Shown here piece after piece: positions 59,057 to 62,581 of a stretch of 62,581 nucleotides of DNA. Origin of the DNA: Bacteroidales bacterium (GTDB taxonomy: Bacteria > Bacteroidota > Bacteroidia > Bacteroidales > GCA-2748055); NCBI GenBank assembly GCA_040768485.1, contig JAXGMU010000002.1, positions 106,285-168,865 on the forward strand. The letters run 5' to 3'. Below the pieces are notes generated by a model that saw nothing but the letters and a program-made list of their open reading frames with translations, had not been told where the DNA came from and searched no databases. Made by a program: the position numbers and the translations under genes. Each line of letters starts with the position of its first letter. Position 1 is the stretch's first letter.

Positions 59057-59846
59057 GCGTTTGTCCGGGACCCGTAAAGACAAACTCCAGTCCGTCCATA
59101 TACCCGATGATGGCATTGGAATCATGGGTCTTGTCCGGTTTCACGCTGAACTCCCAGATCAGCGAGTCGGGCGCATCGCTCTCAAGTTTCAGAGCGAAGT
59201 TCTTGGTAGCCTCCGTCACCAGCTCCTCCCCTCCCAGGCTCATGTAAAACCGGGTCTCATTGCCGGAAATCTTATCGAACATCGTCTCCGGATCGAAGAC
59301 CTGGTCCAGGAAACGAAAAACCGGACTGGTGGCCAGGTAGGCGTCGAAAAGCTCCGGCTCCTCGAGCATCACATAGATGGTGAAGAAACCAAGGAAGGAG
59401 TGGCCCCAGATGATCTTCATCCCGATGTTGAACCGGGATTCCAGGAAAGGGAAGAGCTCCTCTTTGTAAAAAGCGATCATCTTCTCCGCCCTGCCGCTGT
59501 TGGGTACCCGTTCCATATAGGGTGCATAATCCAGGTTCCTGTCCACATTGGGGATCCCCACCACGATACATGAGGGGATCAGCTTCTGCCAGTTCATCAG
59601 TTCGGTGGCACTGGCAAATGCCTTGAATGAAGCCTCCCCGTCCAGGAGAATCACCAGGGGGAAAGGCTGCGAGCTGTCGTAATCCACCGGAAGGTGAATG
59701 AATAATCTCCGCTCCTGATCCAGGTGCTCCGACCGGATGGAAGTGATAAATCCCGTTTTGACATAGACAGAATCAGGCAACTGCTGGGCCCGGGCAGTAG
59801 ATGCCAGGACAGCGATCGATACAACCAGGAAAAACAACTTTTTCAT
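59049..59846 (-). CDS. Exported alpha/beta-hydrolase (IroE/Fes-like esterase family)
   Basis: Signal peptide, SEHL.QER...HLP..Y, ILLDG, IVVGI...R..DY.P, GHSFLG, YLATSP. Confidence 0.8.
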   Translation of the reverse strand: MKKLFFLVVSIAVLASTARAQQLPDSVYVKTGFITSIRSEHLDQERRLFIHLPVDYDSSQPFPLVILLDGEASFKAFASATELMNWQKLIPSCIVVGIPNVDRNLDYAPYMERVPNSGRAEKMIAFYKEELFPFLESRFNIGMKIIWGHSFLGFFTIYVMLEEPELFDAYLATSPVFRFLDQVFDPETMFDKISGNETRFYMSLGGEELVTEATKNFALKLESDAPDSLIWEFSVKPDKTHDSNAIIGYMDGLEFVFTGPGQTHD

Positions 59847-59874
59847 CTGCCAAATATAACCATATTCCGGTTTG

Positions 59875-61176
59875 TTACCAGTACCGTCCGTTTCCGAACC
59901 TGGGATTGACGATGTTGTTGTAAATGGAACCGAACGTGTAGGTCAGGCCGATCTCCCCTCCCACACTGTAATCGGTCTCCAGCTCGGTAAGATGTAACAA
60001 TATATCGGCCTCCGAAAGATCCCCCTTCCTCAAAGTGAGCTGGTCATGGATCCGTGCAACCCTCCCCTCGATGCTAAGGGAAAGCCCCTTCAGCAAACGA
60101 ATGGAAATATCCCCGCCGAGTTCGATCCTGTTCTTGCTGAAATCATGAAAATAATTGGACCCTTCCAGAGAAACATTGATGGAACCCCACTTTTCAACCA
60201 CCTGGTAAGCGATCTGGAGCTGATGCAGCCACAGCGTTTCCCGGATCCTGTCAAAAATCGTGGTGTCATGGTACACATTGTATGCACCTCCCACTCCGTA
60301 CAGGATCCTCAGCTGCCGGTGGGTCGACCTGGAATAGGGGAAAACATTATACTCCACCGATGGAAAGAAATCCACCCCGAAATTCAAATTGGAATAGGTG
60401 GATGAGACCAGGTCGGTGCGCAAACCGGCTGACCAGTGCTCCCCCAGACTTTTCACCACCAGCACATCAAGGCCCGAATAGGTGCTTTCAGTGGTATACA
60501 GGGTATCTTCATACATGTACCTGGTCCGTGAAAAGTGGTAATCAAAATCAAATTCCATCTTCCACTTGTGGGTGATCCTTACCGCAGATGCCGAGTTGCG
60601 GAGGAAAAATCTTTTCAATGATTCTTCAATGTCAAAATTGGGTTCCGCTTCGATCTCGAACACCCAGTTGTTCCAGCGGTCAACCACTTCCTGCTGAACC
60701 ATGTTTTCGGTATGACCGATCTTCACCTCACTGTACAGGGGGGTCCTTGCCACGTAACGCATGAGCCCCATCTTTATCATCTGGGTCCGCCAGGTCCGGA
60801 TATAGTCCTCCGAGTCATCAGGCCTGCATGCGTAGACCAGGGTGTCATTGATCCCCCGGTAATCGTCCTGACCCTGAAAGATGAAAGTGTATTTCCTGCC
60901 CCCGCTTCCGGTGTTTTCACCGGTTTCAAGAATATACACCTGCGCCTCCTTCACATCCCTCACATAATTCACATAGGGGATCTGTTCGCGGATGTAGTTG
61001 ATGTCACAGCGGTCACAGTCGATGAACACCTTTACCGCATTTTCCCTGCCTGTGATTTCGCCTTCTTCCTGTTGCTGACCCCACAGCCACATCCCTTGCA
61101 TAAAGAGCAAAAGGAGGAGGATGCAGGTCGGCATGACACATTTGTTCATTTCTGTTACATATTTGATTATGAGCAT
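59875..61176 (-). CDS. Hypothetical exported / outer-membrane beta-barrel protein
   Basis: Signal peptide, VFIDC..C, alternating beta-strands, C-terminal TYTFGSIYNNIVNPRF; start uncertain. Confidence 0.65.
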   Translation of the reverse strand: MLIIKYVTEMNKCVMPTCILLLLLFMQGMWLWGQQQEEGEITGRENAVKVFIDCDRCDINYIREQIPYVNYVRDVKEAQVYILETGENTGSGGRKYTFIFQGQDDYRGINDTLVYACRPDDSEDYIRTWRTQMIKMGLMRYVARTPLYSEVKIGHTENMVQQEVVDRWNNWVFEIEAEPNFDIEESLKRFFLRNSASAVRITHKWKMEFDFDYHFSRTRYMYEDTLYTTESTYSGLDVLVVKSLGEHWSAGLRTDLVSSTYSNLNFGVDFFPSVEYNVFPYSRSTHRQLRILYGVGGAYNVYHDTTIFDRIRETLWLHQLQIAYQVVEKWGSINVSLEGSNYFHDFSKNRIELGGDISIRLLKGLSLSIEGRVARIHDQLTLRKGDLSEADILLHLTELETDYSVGGEIGLTYTFGSIYNNIVNPRFGNGRYW

Positions 61177-61242
61177 ATTAAGTTCAGAGTCCGTTCGCAG
61201 TACGTCTGCTTATATTGTTTGACTTAATAACTGAAAGACCGT

Positions 61243-62574
61243 TTAATCCGGATTGGTTCGTCTCACCAGGTAATAGAGGGGCACTCCCGCCGTGATGACC
61301 CCCAGGGCGATCCCCGATTCGACAGGACGCTCCAGGAAGGTGAGGAAAAGGATGGAGAGGGAGGCAGCAATGAACAGGATCTGCAGGAACGGGTAGCCCG
61401 GCATCTTCAGCACGGAGAGCCCTTTCATCCTCAGCCTGAATACACCGATCACGCAGAGCACGGGGAACACACCCAGGGAGAAGCCCAGCAGGGTCAGGAT
61501 CTGGTCGAAAGTCCCCGAGACGACAAAGACCACCGCCAGCAGGCTCTGCGCGATGATGGAAAAGCCGGGTACGTTGAACCGGTTCACACGTCCGGCCGCC
61601 CTGAAAAAGTGGCCTGCCCCGGACATGGCGAAATAGACCCTCGGCCCGATGATCATGTAGGCGCTGATGGAAGAGAGCAGGATCAGGGCGATGAAAGCCG
61701 AGAAGAAGCGGTCGGCCGTTATGCCGAACATCTTACTTGCCGCCAGTCCCCCGACAGAAATGACACCGCTCATCTCACCGGCCGGGATGGCATAGATGAA
61801 GAGGGCATTCAGCGCCAGGTAGATGAAGGTCACCACCAGGGTTCCCGTGATCAGCGAACGGGGAATGTTCCTTCCGGGCTCCCGGATCTCTGATCCCACA
61901 TAGGTGGAAGCATTCCACCCGCTGTAGGAGAACATGATGAGGATCAGGGCCCACCCGGCCGATCTGAACCGGGTGTGCGGGGGACTGCCACTGATTTGTT
62001 GGGTGAAATGCTCCATGCTGCCGTCCCCGGCGAGGAATCCCGCAAACAGGAATCCCGTGATCAGCAGGATCTTGATCATGGTGAGGACATTCTGAAAACG
62101 GGCACCTGACCTGAGACCGAGCGAATGGATCAGTGTGAAGAGGAGAATGATCCCCAGGGCGATCGCCTTCTTCAGAAGGAGGGGGTCTTCCGCAATGCCT
62201 CCCGGGGGAACGGCCCGGACCAGGTACTCACTGAATGCCAGTGAAGAGGCTGCGACAGGTGCGGAAAATCCCACCACAAATGAAACCCACCCGCTGAGGA
62301 AACCCGGCAACGGAGAAAAAAGCCTGGAGAGGAATATATACTCTCCGCCTGCCTCGGGGTACCTGGCTCCCAGCTCAGCGTAGCTCATCGCACCGCATAA
62401 TGCGAGGATCCCCCCGGCCAGCCAGAGGACCAGCATCAGCAGCGGATCATACAACCGGGTGATCAATAGACCGGAGGTGGTGAAGATCCCCGCCCCGATC
62501 ATGTTGGCAACCACGATGTTCGTAAGGGAATAGTATCCCAGCGCCCTTTTCAGGCCCCCTTCCCCCTTCCCCAT
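61243..62574 (-). CDS. APC-family amino acid permease
   Basis: ANMIGAGIF, YAELG..YPEAGGEY, FSYSGWN, GPRVY.AM; ~12 TM segments. Confidence 0.93.
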   Translation of the reverse strand: MGKGEGGLKRALGYYSLTNIVVANMIGAGIFTTSGLLITRLYDPLLMLVLWLAGGILALCGAMSYAELGARYPEAGGEYIFLSRLFSPLPGFLSGWVSFVVGFSAPVAASSLAFSEYLVRAVPPGGIAEDPLLLKKAIALGIILLFTLIHSLGLRSGARFQNVLTMIKILLITGFLFAGFLAGDGSMEHFTQQISGSPPHTRFRSAGWALILIMFSYSGWNASTYVGSEIREPGRNIPRSLITGTLVVTFIYLALNALFIYAIPAGEMSGVISVGGLAASKMFGITADRFFSAFIALILLSSISAYMIIGPRVYFAMSGAGHFFRAAGRVNRFNVPGFSIIAQSLLAVVFVVSGTFDQILTLLGFSLGVFPVLCVIGVFRLRMKGLSVLKMPGYPFLQILFIAASLSILFLTFLERPVESGIALGVITAGVPLYYLVRRTNPD

Positions 62575-62581
62575 ATGTTTT

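Overview
A GC-rich chromosomal segment, most likely from an anaerobic Bacteroidota (Bacteroidales-like) organism. The assignment rests on repeated TAnnTTTG -7 promoter elements, the ftsE/TPR/outer-membrane protein trio, a TonB receptor with a DUF4249 lipoprotein and Bacteroidota-type GyrB and MutS2. Most of the window is housekeeping or catabolic: gyrB, mutS2, tex, rpe, ptrB, GH3 and GH2 glycosidases, and a menG-menI-menF-menD-menB-menA-menC-menE cluster. The notable items are: (1) a ~545-bp element at 10495-11039 with inverted termini and internal 9-bp and 11-bp tandem arrays around a four-helix-bundle (23S-IVS/Avd-like) gene that appears to carry a small internal deletion; (2) an ORF-less sister array with the same GTTAG core at 19663-19822; (3) an adjacent translationally coupled ABC-type ATPase + TOPRIM-like pair that looks like an anti-phage module; (4) a C1/methyl-branch cluster (fhs, pterin-binding methyltransferase, MetV-MetF fusion); (5) two large enzyme fusions (S12+S9 peptidase; CE15+heparinase II/III-like); (6) a DgkA-like membrane protein that lacks the catalytic residues; (7) a DUF4249 gene with a premature TAA. 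No rRNA, tRNA, CRISPR array or transposase was recognised. All family calls come from motif recognition, not database searches.
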